The translations under genes were made by a program, and so were the position numbers. Source: a virus (Duplodnaviria > Caudoviricetes). From it: a stretch of 64,000 nt of DNA. Under the pieces are notes generated by a model, which saw only the letters and a list, made by a program, of their open reading frames with translations, had not been told where the DNA came from and did no database searches. Location: IMG/VR virus record IMGVR_UViG_3300042567_001420. One strand, given 5' to 3'. Positions 16,721-25,441 of the stretch are shown one piece after another. Each line of letters begins with the position of its first letter. Positions within the stretch are counted from its first letter, which is position 1.

Positions 16721-17410
16721 TCACTTGGGTTCATTTATCAAGTCTTTAGTCATTGGGAATATTTCCGCAATAACTTCAGCACAAGCCAGAGCAATCTCAG
16801 CATGTTCTTTCTGAGTTCCATTGCCGGCTCTTAGCATTATATAGTGGATGTAACTTCTTAAGGTTCCATTCATATAGAGTCTACTTACTGTCAATCCCTC
16901 AGGCAGCACTGCTCTTGCTTGTTCTTTGGCAATGCCTTTAGAAACAGCCCAAGTATACACGTCTCGAGTCTTATTAATTAGATCTCGTTGTAGATTCTGC
17001 CACTGATAAGCAATTTGTCGTTGTTCATCATTTTGCAAATCTATATCAACAGAATTTTGACGATTCTTTGTATCTTGTAAGCGTGCGTCACGAATAACAA
17101 AATCTAAATCCTGTGTAGGATCCGCATATCGTTGACTAAACTCTTGAAATGAAAAACTTCTATGACGAAGAATTTGCCTGGCAATATCTCTTGTTGTTTC
17201 AATCTCAACACAAACAGAAACCATTTCAAGCGGTGACCAGTGCTGATGCTTAATCAAATACTTAATCAACTTCTCGGATGTTTCTGTGTTATATTGATTT
17301 GCGGGATTTGAAACTCTCGCACAAAACGCTACTAGGTCCTGTACATCATACAATCCATCCGACACCAATTCGCGTGTGGGTTTGCTGTAACTAATTAATT
17401 TCACCTTCAT
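16721..17410 (-). CDS. thyX: Flavin-dependent thymidylate synthase
   Basis: RHRSFSFQEFSQRY signature, HWSPLE, ARAVLP. Confidence 0.97.
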   Translation of the reverse strand: MKVKLISYSKPTRELVSDGLYDVQDLVAFCARVSNPANQYNTETSEKLIKYLIKHQHWSPLEMVSVCVEIETTRDIARQILRHRSFSFQEFSQRYADPTQDLDFVIRDARLQDTKNRQNSVDIDLQNDEQRQIAYQWQNLQRDLINKTRDVYTWAVSKGIAKEQARAVLPEGLTVSRLYMNGTLRSYIHYIMLRAGNGTQKEHAEIALACAEVIAEIFPMTKDLINEPK

Positions 17411-17411
17411 G

Positions 17412-18428
17412 CTAACACCTTTTCCATGCAGTAAATTTCATTTTTGCTTCTAGACCATTATATATGTTCTTGGAAATAATCTTTGCTGGGTCTTTATCCG
17501 CTAGTATCATATCATTAATATCTTTTTCTTGTAGAGTTTGTGGCCAGATAACAACATTATAATTGCTATTTACCGCTTTGTCTATAATTTTTGAGACTTC
17601 TTTATTTCTAGGTTGATTGTCAAATATAACAACCAACTTGTCTTTTGGTATGCCTAAAGTATCAAGTTTACCAAATGCTGTACCTGCAACAGCAATACAA
17701 TTATCAATGAACAAACTATCAATAGGGCCTTCAACCACATATATCTTTTTATTACGATTAACTTTATCAAGACCAAATATAAATGGTCGGTCTTCCGATA
17801 TCTTAATAGTAACATAGCGCAATGATTCGCCACGCAATGCTCTACAAGTAACACCGGTTAATACGCCTTCAGCATCATAAAAAGGAATAACAAGTCTTGG
17901 TTCATCGGTCTTTAATGTACCTTTATACTTGTCAGATAATTGCTCGATCTTTCTAATGTCATCGATATAATATAATCCATCAAACTTTTCTCTTGGGATT
18001 TTTCTATCAAGGCAAAATTTAACTGCTTCATTATCATCCGGTAATTTATCTAAACGATTAAGCAACTCATCAAGAATGTTTTTCTTTTCAAATACAGGGG
18101 CTGCCATTTTAAATGCAGGCTCGGCTTTTTGATGAGGCTTATTCATTGGCATGCCTTCGCTATAACGCTCTAAGACATATTGACTGTACTGCAATGAATC
18201 TAATTGTTTTAAGAATGTACCAAAATGCATTGAAACATTACAGTTGTGACACTTGTAAAACAATTCATTTTTTACTGCATAGAAGTAGCCGCGGGTTTTA
18301 TTCTTCTTAACTGAAGAATCACCGCAGATAACACATCGGCAATTATATAAACGGTCATTCTTTTGTTTGAACAACGGTAAACGATTACTGATTAGTTTAA
18401 GATATTTAAGATCAACGAATAAAGACAT
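17412..18428 (-). CDS. 61: DNA primase (T4 gp61-like)
   Basis: CVICGDS...CHNC zinc finger, VVEGPIDSLF TOPRIM, FDN.PRN, KDINDM. Confidence 0.95.
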   Translation of the reverse strand: MSLFVDLKYLKLISNRLPLFKQKNDRLYNCRCVICGDSSVKKNKTRGYFYAVKNELFYKCHNCNVSMHFGTFLKQLDSLQYSQYVLERYSEGMPMNKPHQKAEPAFKMAAPVFEKKNILDELLNRLDKLPDDNEAVKFCLDRKIPREKFDGLYYIDDIRKIEQLSDKYKGTLKTDEPRLVIPFYDAEGVLTGVTCRALRGESLRYVTIKISEDRPFIFGLDKVNRNKKIYVVEGPIDSLFIDNCIAVAGTAFGKLDTLGIPKDKLVVIFDNQPRNKEVSKIIDKAVNSNYNVVIWPQTLQEKDINDMILADKDPAKIISKNIYNGLEAKMKFTAWKRC

Positions 18429-18431
18429 AAA

Positions 18432-18450
18432 AAGGCTCCAGGAGAGCCTT
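18432..18450 (-). terminator. Stem-loop with T5 tail that also contains the primase SD
   Basis: AAGGCTC-tcctg-GAGCCTT then TTATG (T5 in total); GGAG lies 7 nt before ATG. Confidence 0.6.
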
Positions 18451-18479
18451 ATTATAATATAGCTAGGCTATAAGGTCAA
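18451..18479 (-). promoter_or_regulatory. Sigma70-type promoter TTGACC-N17-TATAAT for primase/thyX
   Basis: Near-perfect consensus directly upstream of gp61. Confidence 0.8.
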
Positions 18480-18781
18480 TTAAAAAGATGAGCTATTTTA
18501 TCAATATGGCCAGATAGGAAGCCAATTACGGCTAACCCACCCCATGCCATATAAGTCCATTTATCTTTTATTTTTTCAATAGATTCGATTTTGTCGTTTA
18601 ATGCGGTATGCTGAGAGCAAGAAGCATCGTACATCTTATCGAGTTTAGCGCTAAGATCATCACGTGTTTTATCCAAACAGTCGTGCATCTCCTTAACATC
18701 AGCTTTTAAAGTATCCATTTTTTCATTGATACCCTCAACCCGGGTCTCTAAGACTCCGATTCTTTCTTGCGAAGTAGCCAT
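18476..18781 (-). CDS. Coiled-coil protein with C-terminal TM helix (possible XhlA/BhlA-like holin)
   Basis: Heptad-rich N-terminus, then WTYMAWGGLAVIGFL; holin role is a guess. Confidence 0.5.
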   Translation of the reverse strand: MATSQERIGVLETRVEGINEKMDTLKADVKEMHDCLDKTRDDLSAKLDKMYDASCSQHTALNDKIESIEKIKDKWTYMAWGGLAVIGFLSGHIDKIAHLFN

Positions 18782-19074
18782 TATTTTTTCTTCTTGGCTC
18801 GTGGAGTAGAAGATTTAACTTTAGCAACAGTTTGTGCAACTGCTTCTTTGGCGTCGTCTAAATCAACTTTACCATCTTTGTTGATATCTAATACGGTTGC
18901 AACTGTTACAGGCTCAGGTGCTTTTTCCTCAACAGGCTCAGGTGCTTTTTCAGCAACAGGAGTATCCGCGACAACCGCTGTTTCTTTCAAATCAGTAGTG
19001 CCAGTCTTAAAAAATCTCACGTAGCCATAATATAAAATTGCAACGATTGCAGCTAACCCTAAAAATATTTCCAT
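18781..19074 (-). CDS. Membrane-anchored protein with EF-hand-like loop
   Basis: N-terminal TM, EKAPEPV repeat, DINKDGKVDLDD, Lys-rich tail. Confidence 0.6.
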   Translation of the reverse strand: MEIFLGLAAIVAILYYGYVRFFKTGTTDLKETAVVADTPVAEKAPEPVEEKAPEPVTVATVLDINKDGKVDLDDAKEAVAQTVAKVKSSTPRAKKKK

Positions 19075-19628
19075 TATTTTCTCCTAATAATACTGTTTTT
19101 ATTTGTCCAACGTTTCTGTGCTTTTTTGCTAACAGGTGGTTCGCCGGTCAAACCCTTTATACCTAAAGTAACTGCGGCATTGTTTGCAGGTGCTGCTGCC
19201 GCCATTCCTTCGCCTTCTTCACTAAATTGTTTAAATGTAAACAACTTTTTCTCATACAGGAATTCTTCAACAATCATCATTTCAGATTGTAATTCCTCGT
19301 TTAATTTATTTATATACTGTGTTTCTAGGTCAATTGGCTCAATGTTTTGATCCAAATTTTCTTTAATAAGAGCATAGGCTGCAGCTAAAGACAACAATTT
19401 TTTGTTATCTATGGGCACTTTTTCAATGATTTTCTTCAATCTAAAAACTAAGCGATGCAATAAAGTATATGCATCTCTTTCGTTGACAGAATTTAAATCC
19501 TGCATTCTTTTTAACTCTTTGCCCTTTGCATCAATGATACCTAATTTATAAGCATCTGTTTGATCAAATGGTGTTACCAAGAGTTTTAAAATTCTATATG
19601 CGATAATGGAATCTACAAATTTTCCCAT
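19074..19628 (-). CDS. Conserved T4-like hypothetical (probable virion) protein
   Basis: AYRILKLLVTPFDQTDAYKLGIID motif; internal TFKQFSEE. Confidence 0.7.
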   Translation of the reverse strand: MGKFVDSIIAYRILKLLVTPFDQTDAYKLGIIDAKGKELKRMQDLNSVNERDAYTLLHRLVFRLKKIIEKVPIDNKKLLSLAAAYALIKENLDQNIEPIDLETQYINKLNEELQSEMMIVEEFLYEKKLFTFKQFSEEGEGMAAAAPANNAAVTLGIKGLTGEPPVSKKAQKRWTNKNSIIRRK

Positions 19629-19629
19629 T

Positions 19630-20019
19630 TTATACTTTTCTTAATACGTTTGCTATGGTTGAATCTATTGGAATATCGGCATCTAAAATAATTTGACTGC
19701 TTGATATAACAACCTTTTCAGGCATATAATTTAAAAATACCAAAAATGTTTTTAACTGAGGCCAGAATCTTTCTTCTGTTTTAAAGAACAACATCTTTGT
19801 TGCCGCCTCAACTCCAAACAAATTGTTTATGACAATGATATGATTAATTATCAATCTTTCTTTTAGGCCTTTATCACTATGATACTTGCCCAATAGACGT
19901 TTAATATATTTAAATCGTTTAATGTCATCTAAGAATTCTGCCATACCTTTACAGTAGGGGTTATCATAGTGTTTCATTGCATACATAATAAAACTTTCTT
20001 CAGTCAAATCAAAAACCAT
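19630..20019 (-). CDS. Conserved T4-like hypothetical protein
   Basis: YAMKHYDNP...FKYIKRL...ERLIINH...LKTFLVFLN family motif. Confidence 0.75.
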   Translation of the reverse strand: MVFDLTEESFIMYAMKHYDNPYCKGMAEFLDDIKRFKYIKRLLGKYHSDKGLKERLIINHIIVINNLFGVEAATKMLFFKTEERFWPQLKTFLVFLNYMPEKVVISSSQIILDADIPIDSTIANVLRKV

Positions 20020-20025
20020 TCTGTG

Positions 20026-20553
20026 TTATTCTAGTGGATTCGTCGGCCAAGTAACATCACTTATTGTTTTAATTTTAGTAGTGCCCTCAACATAACCATT
20101 CACATCTAGATCTCTAAGTGCTTGTCTGTATGCCAATACATCTGCGAATTGTTGATCTGTTAGTTTATGGGAAATATTTAACAAAGTCTCTTCTTGATGT
20201 CTTTGTAAAATGTAATCAGTATTATATATCAACATTTCTCGTTGAGCAGATGCAGGAACTCTTGCAGTATTCATTGCCAAGTCTGCAATAGCCGCCTGTT
20301 CGATATTTGCCAAGTGTTCTGCGATCCAAACAATTGCGGGCAAACTTGAACCGGAAGAAACGACACCATTTAGTTCTTCAACCGCATAAAGGTTTCTGTC
20401 TGGTTCATATGAAACTCTACGGACAGTATCTGTAAATGGAAAATTTGTGTGTTCTATAAACACAGATGGGGCAGAAAATAAATAACCCGTACCATTGAAT
20501 CTACAAGATACTGTTCCATTATAAAAATCTATTGAGACATAGTTATGTAACAT
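20026..20553 (-). CDS. Tail fiber assembly chaperone-like protein
   Basis: C-terminal YRQALRDL...WPTNP; directly follows a collar-type fiber gene. Confidence 0.65.
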   Translation of the reverse strand: MLHNYVSIDFYNGTVSCRFNGTGYLFSAPSVFIEHTNFPFTDTVRRVSYEPDRNLYAVEELNGVVSSGSSLPAIVWIAEHLANIEQAAIADLAMNTARVPASAQREMLIYNTDYILQRHQEETLLNISHKLTDQQFADVLAYRQALRDLDVNGYVEGTTKIKTISDVTWPTNPLE

Positions 20554-20565
20554 TATGTTTCCTTG

Positions 20566-21993
20566 TTATACTAATTGAATAAACGCAACACGATATGTTC
20601 CGGGGTCGTGTGTTGCTGTACCACCCGCAACCGTAACTGTGTGCGTATGACTTACGCCTACACTTTGATGGCCGGTTTGGGTTGTTCTAACTCCACTACC
20701 TACTACTTGCGCAGTAGCATGTTGGTGAACCCAATCCCCATACGCTCCGCTTGATGAAAAAGTAAGCGTATTCGAAGTCTCAACCGCTTGGTCCGACGCT
20801 GATGTGGAATATCCTAAAAAATATCCTCGCATGTCGACAGTATTATTCGCGCCATCACACAATTTCCAATAAGAAGGCAATTCAGATAATGTGCCGTCAT
20901 ACATAACCATAGTACTTCCAAATGCAGGATCTGCAGTTGCGGCCACCCACATTTTCATTAGTTTACCTTTTATTGAATCTGGGGTAAATGTGCATGTTAC
21001 ATCGTGGTTATGATTTTGTCCTGTTCCTGAAGCTACATTATTTACACCCGATCCGGCACTAGAAGAACTTCTTACTCCGCCCTGTATGTGATCGTGTTGA
21101 CCGTTTGTTCCCGTTGTCCCGGATACGCTCGCAGGAACTGCGGCCACCTCTGCCACCCCTGTAGAAACTCCGCGAACATATCGGTTATATGTTGTTCCAA
21201 GTTTCTGGGTCCAACCATTTTTATTTGAAGAATTAATATGTATTGTATTGGATGGGAATGTTGTTTGATTACTGGATGCTCTTAACAATGTAACATTGCC
21301 GGTATGTGGTCTGGCATTGGTAACAGTTGCGGGGGCAATCGTTAAATCATGACTATGTTCTCCTGCAGGATTAGCAGCTATACCGGTTATTGCCCCAGCA
21401 TTTATACTTGAATTAAATTCATACCCAGATGTTTGTGTATGTGACCCAGCTAGCCCCAATGAAAATGTATACGATACATTTGTAGCTGGGGAAGTACTTG
21501 TTCCTATTTCTGCTTGCGTAGTTGTACCTTGTAGATATAAATTATCTGCTGCGGAATATCTAGGCCATGACGCATTGCTTGGATCGGACCCATTGTATAA
21601 AATAATTGTGCCGGCAGGTATAGTTGGATTTAATGTTGTAACTTGATTACTCACAACTCCGGTTTTTGATCTACCTAATTTATTATATGAATAAACAGTA
21701 AAAGTATAAGTTGATGCTGGAGTTAAATTCTCCATAGTGATTGTTGCGCTTGCAATAGTTGTTACAATACTTACATTTGACCCAGTATTAGATGTTGCAG
21801 ATATTTCAAACCCTTCGGAGAAAGTATATCCGTCGATATTTGTAACACTATAACTTAAAACTACATTAGATAAAGCAGGCGAACTTGCAGTAATAGTACC
21901 AGTTATGCTAGGCAAACCAATCTCATTGGGATCACCCATTAACTGAGCTTTGCCCGTTATACTTATATTCGATGACGTAATTTGTAACGACAT
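20566..21993 (-). CDS. Tail fiber with FN3-like, tail-collar and HxH needle motifs
   Basis: LTPASTYTFTVYSYN (FN3), IPAGTIILYNG and WKLCDG...DMRGYF (collar), HSH/HDH/HNH/HQH/HTH. Confidence 0.8.
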   Translation of the reverse strand: MSLQITSSNISITGKAQLMGDPNEIGLPSITGTITASSPALSNVVLSYSVTNIDGYTFSEGFEISATSNTGSNVSIVTTIASATITMENLTPASTYTFTVYSYNKLGRSKTGVVSNQVTTLNPTIPAGTIILYNGSDPSNASWPRYSAADNLYLQGTTTQAEIGTSTSPATNVSYTFSLGLAGSHTQTSGYEFNSSINAGAITGIAANPAGEHSHDLTIAPATVTNARPHTGNVTLLRASSNQTTFPSNTIHINSSNKNGWTQKLGTTYNRYVRGVSTGVAEVAAVPASVSGTTGTNGQHDHIQGGVRSSSSAGSGVNNVASGTGQNHNHDVTCTFTPDSIKGKLMKMWVAATADPAFGSTMVMYDGTLSELPSYWKLCDGANNTVDMRGYFLGYSTSASDQAVETSNTLTFSSSGAYGDWVHQHATAQVVGSGVRTTQTGHQSVGVSHTHTVTVAGGTATHDPGTYRVAFIQLV

Positions 21994-22038
21994 TATTCTA
22001 TCTTTATTGTTTTCTAAAATTCATGAGTATAACAATTA

Positions 22039-22938
22039 TCATAACTTAGTTAATCGCACTGCACCCTGCGCCCAGGTTGTTACCAACGTGCCAGTATTTT
22101 CTCTCACAATATTAGATGCGATTGGATTAACATAAGAATTGGGTGAGCTGGTATTTAAACTATCGTATCCACCTGCAGGACCAACCGAATCATCTGTACC
22201 ATTTCCACCACCGAACCCACCATATGTGGTTTGGTTGTTATACCCTGCTCCCGTGCCATTTATACTTTGATTTTTCCAATTAGTATTGAATCCTGTTCCG
22301 ACTGTTCCATCTGCTGAGCTTGAAGCAGTTGCAGGAGTTGAAAATCTTCCTTCACGTTGTCCTAGACCGCCAGCTGCAACTAATAATGCTGTCATATCAC
22401 CAGCTGAAAAGGTCGAACTTCCGCTAGATGATTTTGCAACAACAGTAAATCCTCCGCCAGCCCCGCCCGCAAAATCCAAGCTACCCGAATTTCCACTTGC
22501 GCCCGCGCCTCCTATTGTTATCCAAAGTACATCTCCAGAGTTTAACGTAAAATCTCCTTGTACCGCAGATCCTACGACAGACGGTTTATCAGTCGGTCCC
22601 CCGGATCCACCTTGCGATTTTATACGCCAGGTACCGGTTTCTGGAATTGTAAAATATATGTAACCAGCCGCGGAAGGTATTTTAATATATGTGGCAGCAA
22701 CCATTGCATCATATGCTCCGGTTTGAGATGTTGAATTAAAATACCCATATATCTCTGCAGCAGTTTGTCCGGAAATAGGAGTAGTATCATTTGGACCGGA
22801 AGTTGTCCTACTTGAAGATACTGTTATTGGACTAGAATAAACGTATAAACCTGAGGGTGCAGGTGCTCCTGGCGGAGGCGTCTCACCGGAGGTTATTCTT
22901 CCGGAAAAACTAACATTATTTAAAGTAAATCTTGCCAT
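22039..22938 (-). CDS. Glycine-rich putative adhesin/virion protein
   Basis: Anchor-like N-terminus + PPP; FTIPETGTW.I...GGSGG; GGFGGG motifs; GAVRLTKL end. Confidence 0.75.
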   Translation of the reverse strand: MARFTLNNVSFSGRITSGETPPPGAPAPSGLYVYSSPITVSSSRTTSGPNDTTPISGQTAAEIYGYFNSTSQTGAYDAMVAATYIKIPSAAGYIYFTIPETGTWRIKSQGGSGGPTDKPSVVGSAVQGDFTLNSGDVLWITIGGAGASGNSGSLDFAGGAGGGFTVVAKSSSGSSTFSAGDMTALLVAAGGLGQREGRFSTPATASSSADGTVGTGFNTNWKNQSINGTGAGYNNQTTYGGFGGGNGTDDSVGPAGGYDSLNTSSPNSYVNPIASNIVRENTGTLVTTWAQGAVRLTKL

Positions 22939-22939
22939 G

Positions 22940-23380
22940 TTATGCTACCCGAGCAGTCCCGCCTATCATAAACCATTTGTTGTCGGTATACAATAATGTT
23001 GCGCTATCACCCACATTGCTAAAAATAATGTTTGCGTTGTTGGCAACATTGGTATTTAAAATAAACGAACCGTTGGCAGTGGATGTTGTTAACAATACTT
23101 TAACTTGACCATTGGCACCGTTGGGAATAGCTATAGTACTTTGAGAAGAACCTACTCCCAAGTATGTTATGGGAGTGGTTATGTTAACAGTGCTGGCAGA
23201 AGTCATATCCTGAGGAGTTCCGCCAAGTACAATATTACCTTTTATTGTGGGATCAGTAATCCCGGCAAATAAAATAGATGTGGTGACTTGTTTGCTTACA
23301 CCGCTTTGAACCAGATACATTGCATCGGGTTTGTTAACTTGTGTTGCTGCGGTTAATTCTGATAATTTTGATTTTGCCAT
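22940..23380 (-). CDS. Probable virion structural protein
   Basis: KLSELTAA..D..YLVQ..SKQV fiber-type N-terminal motif; late promoter upstream. Confidence 0.65.
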   Translation of the reverse strand: MAKSKLSELTAATQVNKPDAMYLVQSGVSKQVTTSILFAGITDPTIKGNIVLGGTPQDMTSASTVNITTPITYLGVGSSQSTIAIPNGANGQVKVLLTTSTANGSFILNTNVANNANIIFSNVGDSATLLYTDNKWFMIGGTARVA

Positions 23381-23405
23381 TCTGGTACCAATTGCGTCTG
23401 TTAGT

Positions 23406-23413
23406 TATTTATA
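23406..23413 (-). promoter_or_regulatory. T4-type late promoter TATAAATA
   Basis: Exact intergenic motif upstream of 23380. Confidence 0.75.
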
Positions 23414-23425
23414 ACGTGTAAAACA

Positions 23426-24217
23426 TTATTTAAGTCCCAATTCTTTACGAATCTTTGTGGCAGAGATTGAATGTGTGGCATCATCAAACACTTCTTGTTC
23501 AATTTTATATCCAACATCTCGACCATATGTAATGTTTACAATATTTGGAACAACCTGAATCTCATATTGTCCCTGATATAATGTATCAAGATCTCGTCTA
23601 ATGTAGCTCTTAACCTGTTCGATAGCAAAGGGATTGGAACCATTCCAACCTTGGCAATCTCTGATCTGAATAACAACCTGTCCGGTCTTGGCAATTGATC
23701 TTTCGAACAATGCTCGGTGTCCAGGGTGCCAAGGTTGCCAACGACCTAGCATCTGTACTGTTTCTTTTTGCCAGTCAAATACTGGTCTGCGTCTGTTATC
23801 ATAAATGTGAGCCACAATAAACTCTGCCCACTTCTCTGCATTTTGTTCTGTTATTCTAAAGTCATATACATCTGGCGGCACAAATGCCTTGTTGGTATCT
23901 TCAAAGCGGCCTTTTTCAATAGTATCAACCCAGACAGTCCAGTCTGCTTTGAAATTGTTTCGCATCTCGGCCAAAGGTGCAACGAAATCGCAAATAACAT
24001 AATCAGTTGTCATGCCATCAGCAAGTTCTCGCATACGCAAACTTTGACGAATACGACCTTCTCGACTGAAATCCCAATCATTGTATTTTTTACGAACATC
24101 ATCAGCATTGAGCCAAGAAACTGTTTTCTTTTCTCTTTGCAGGTATTCTAAAATATATTGGGAAAGATATGTCTTGCCCGCACCTGGTAAACCCATTACT
24201 AAAATTCTCTGTGTCAT
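23426..24217 (-). CDS. cysC: Adenylylsulfate (APS) kinase fused to HIGH-type nucleotidyltransferase
   Basis: GLPGAGKT P-loop, LNADDVR, W.F..EGR.RQ; C-terminal GRWQPWHPGH and ISATKIR. Confidence 0.8.
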   Translation of the reverse strand: MTQRILVMGLPGAGKTYLSQYILEYLQREKKTVSWLNADDVRKKYNDWDFSREGRIRQSLRMRELADGMTTDYVICDFVAPLAEMRNNFKADWTVWVDTIEKGRFEDTNKAFVPPDVYDFRITEQNAEKWAEFIVAHIYDNRRRPVFDWQKETVQMLGRWQPWHPGHRALFERSIAKTGQVVIQIRDCQGWNGSNPFAIEQVKSYIRRDLDTLYQGQYEIQVVPNIVNITYGRDVGYKIEQEVFDDATHSISATKIRKELGLK

Positions 24218-24248
24218 AATTTAATCACTCCATGTTAAAATTGTTTAT

Positions 24249-24256
24249 TATTTATT
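24249..24256 (-). promoter_or_regulatory. Late promoter variant AATAAATA
   Basis: One mismatch to TATAAATA; intergenic, upstream of the APS kinase fusion. Confidence 0.5.
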
Positions 24257-24277
24257 GCCTGTTAAAAACTAAAATTT

Positions 24278-25429
24278 TTAATTTGTAATAGATAGCATAT
24301 TTGCTCCGGCTGCAACACTGTACCATGTTGTAGACGAACCAACTTGTACTGGACTGGATCTATGTGTAGTATTGCCTAAACCAAGTGAGCCGGATCCATT
24401 TGCGCCCCATGTCCATAATGTACCATCGGTTTTGATTGCAGCACTAGTAAGATTACCAGCGGAAACCATTGACCAATTTGTTAGTGCGCCAACCTGTACT
24501 GGGCTAGATTTGCTGATAGTAGTGCCGTCACCTAAATTGCCGTAAGTAGTATTATATCCCCATGACCATAACGTTCCATCTGTTTTTATTGCTAAGGTAT
24601 AACCGTCACCACCATCAATACTTGACCACGTAGTCAATGCGCCAATTTGTACTGGACTGGATCTATATATAGTAGTGCCGTCACCTACATTGCCGTAATA
24701 ATTGTAGCCCCAGCTCCATAAGGTGCCGTCTGTTTTAATGGCCGCGCTGGTGGACGACGCCGCGGCTATCTTTGACCAAGTTGTTAGTGCACCAATTTGT
24801 TTTGGACTTGAATAATCTGTGGTATTACCCAAGCCTAATCGGCCAGAGCCACCACTACCCCAAGCCCACATGGTACCATCTGTTTTGACGGCTATGGTAT
24901 GCAGAGAGCCGCCAGCAATTTTTGACCATGTGGTTAAAGCACCAATCTGTACTGGACTTGATCTGAATGCGGTATCACCTAACCCCAATTGCCCCATGCC
25001 AGTGCCATAATTTCCGCCCCATGACCACAAGGTACCATCTGTTTTAATGGCCAGGCTGTGACTATAGCCTGCAGCAATACTCAACCAAGTAGTTAAAGCA
25101 CCAACTTGTACTGGGCTAGATACTCTACCAGATGGATATGTGCCAACTGGTTCGCCATTGCCCAATTGCCCAAATTGATTATATCCCCAGGTCCACAAGG
25201 TGCCATCAATTTTTGTTGCCATGCTGTACTGACCGCCTGTGGCAATCTGTGACCATGTGGTTAGTGCGCCAATCTGCACAGGACTAGATCTATCAATAGT
25301 AGATCCGTCACCAACTGCGCCGTAGGCATTATACCCCCATCCCTGTAGGTAATATACTGGCGGAATTGGAAAGACTGCTTGCGCGCTAACGTCGCCGACG
25401 AAATTTAAGCCTGAAAAAGTAAATGCCAT
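24278..25429 (-). CDS. RCC1/BLIP-II beta-propeller protein
   Basis: Seven repeats; MAFTFSG anchor + PIPP. Confidence 0.9.
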   Translation of the reverse strand: MAFTFSGLNFVGDVSAQAVFPIPPVYYLQGWGYNAYGAVGDGSTIDRSSPVQIGALTTWSQIATGGQYSMATKIDGTLWTWGYNQFGQLGNGEPVGTYPSGRVSSPVQVGALTTWLSIAAGYSHSLAIKTDGTLWSWGGNYGTGMGQLGLGDTAFRSSPVQIGALTTWSKIAGGSLHTIAVKTDGTMWAWGSGGSGRLGLGNTTDYSSPKQIGALTTWSKIAAASSTSAAIKTDGTLWSWGYNYYGNVGDGTTIYRSSPVQIGALTTWSSIDGGDGYTLAIKTDGTLWSWGYNTTYGNLGDGTTISKSSPVQVGALTNWSMVSAGNLTSAAIKTDGTLWTWGANGSGSLGLGNTTHRSSPVQVGSSTTWYSVAAGANMLSITN

Positions 25430-25441
25430 TTTGTTGTTCTT

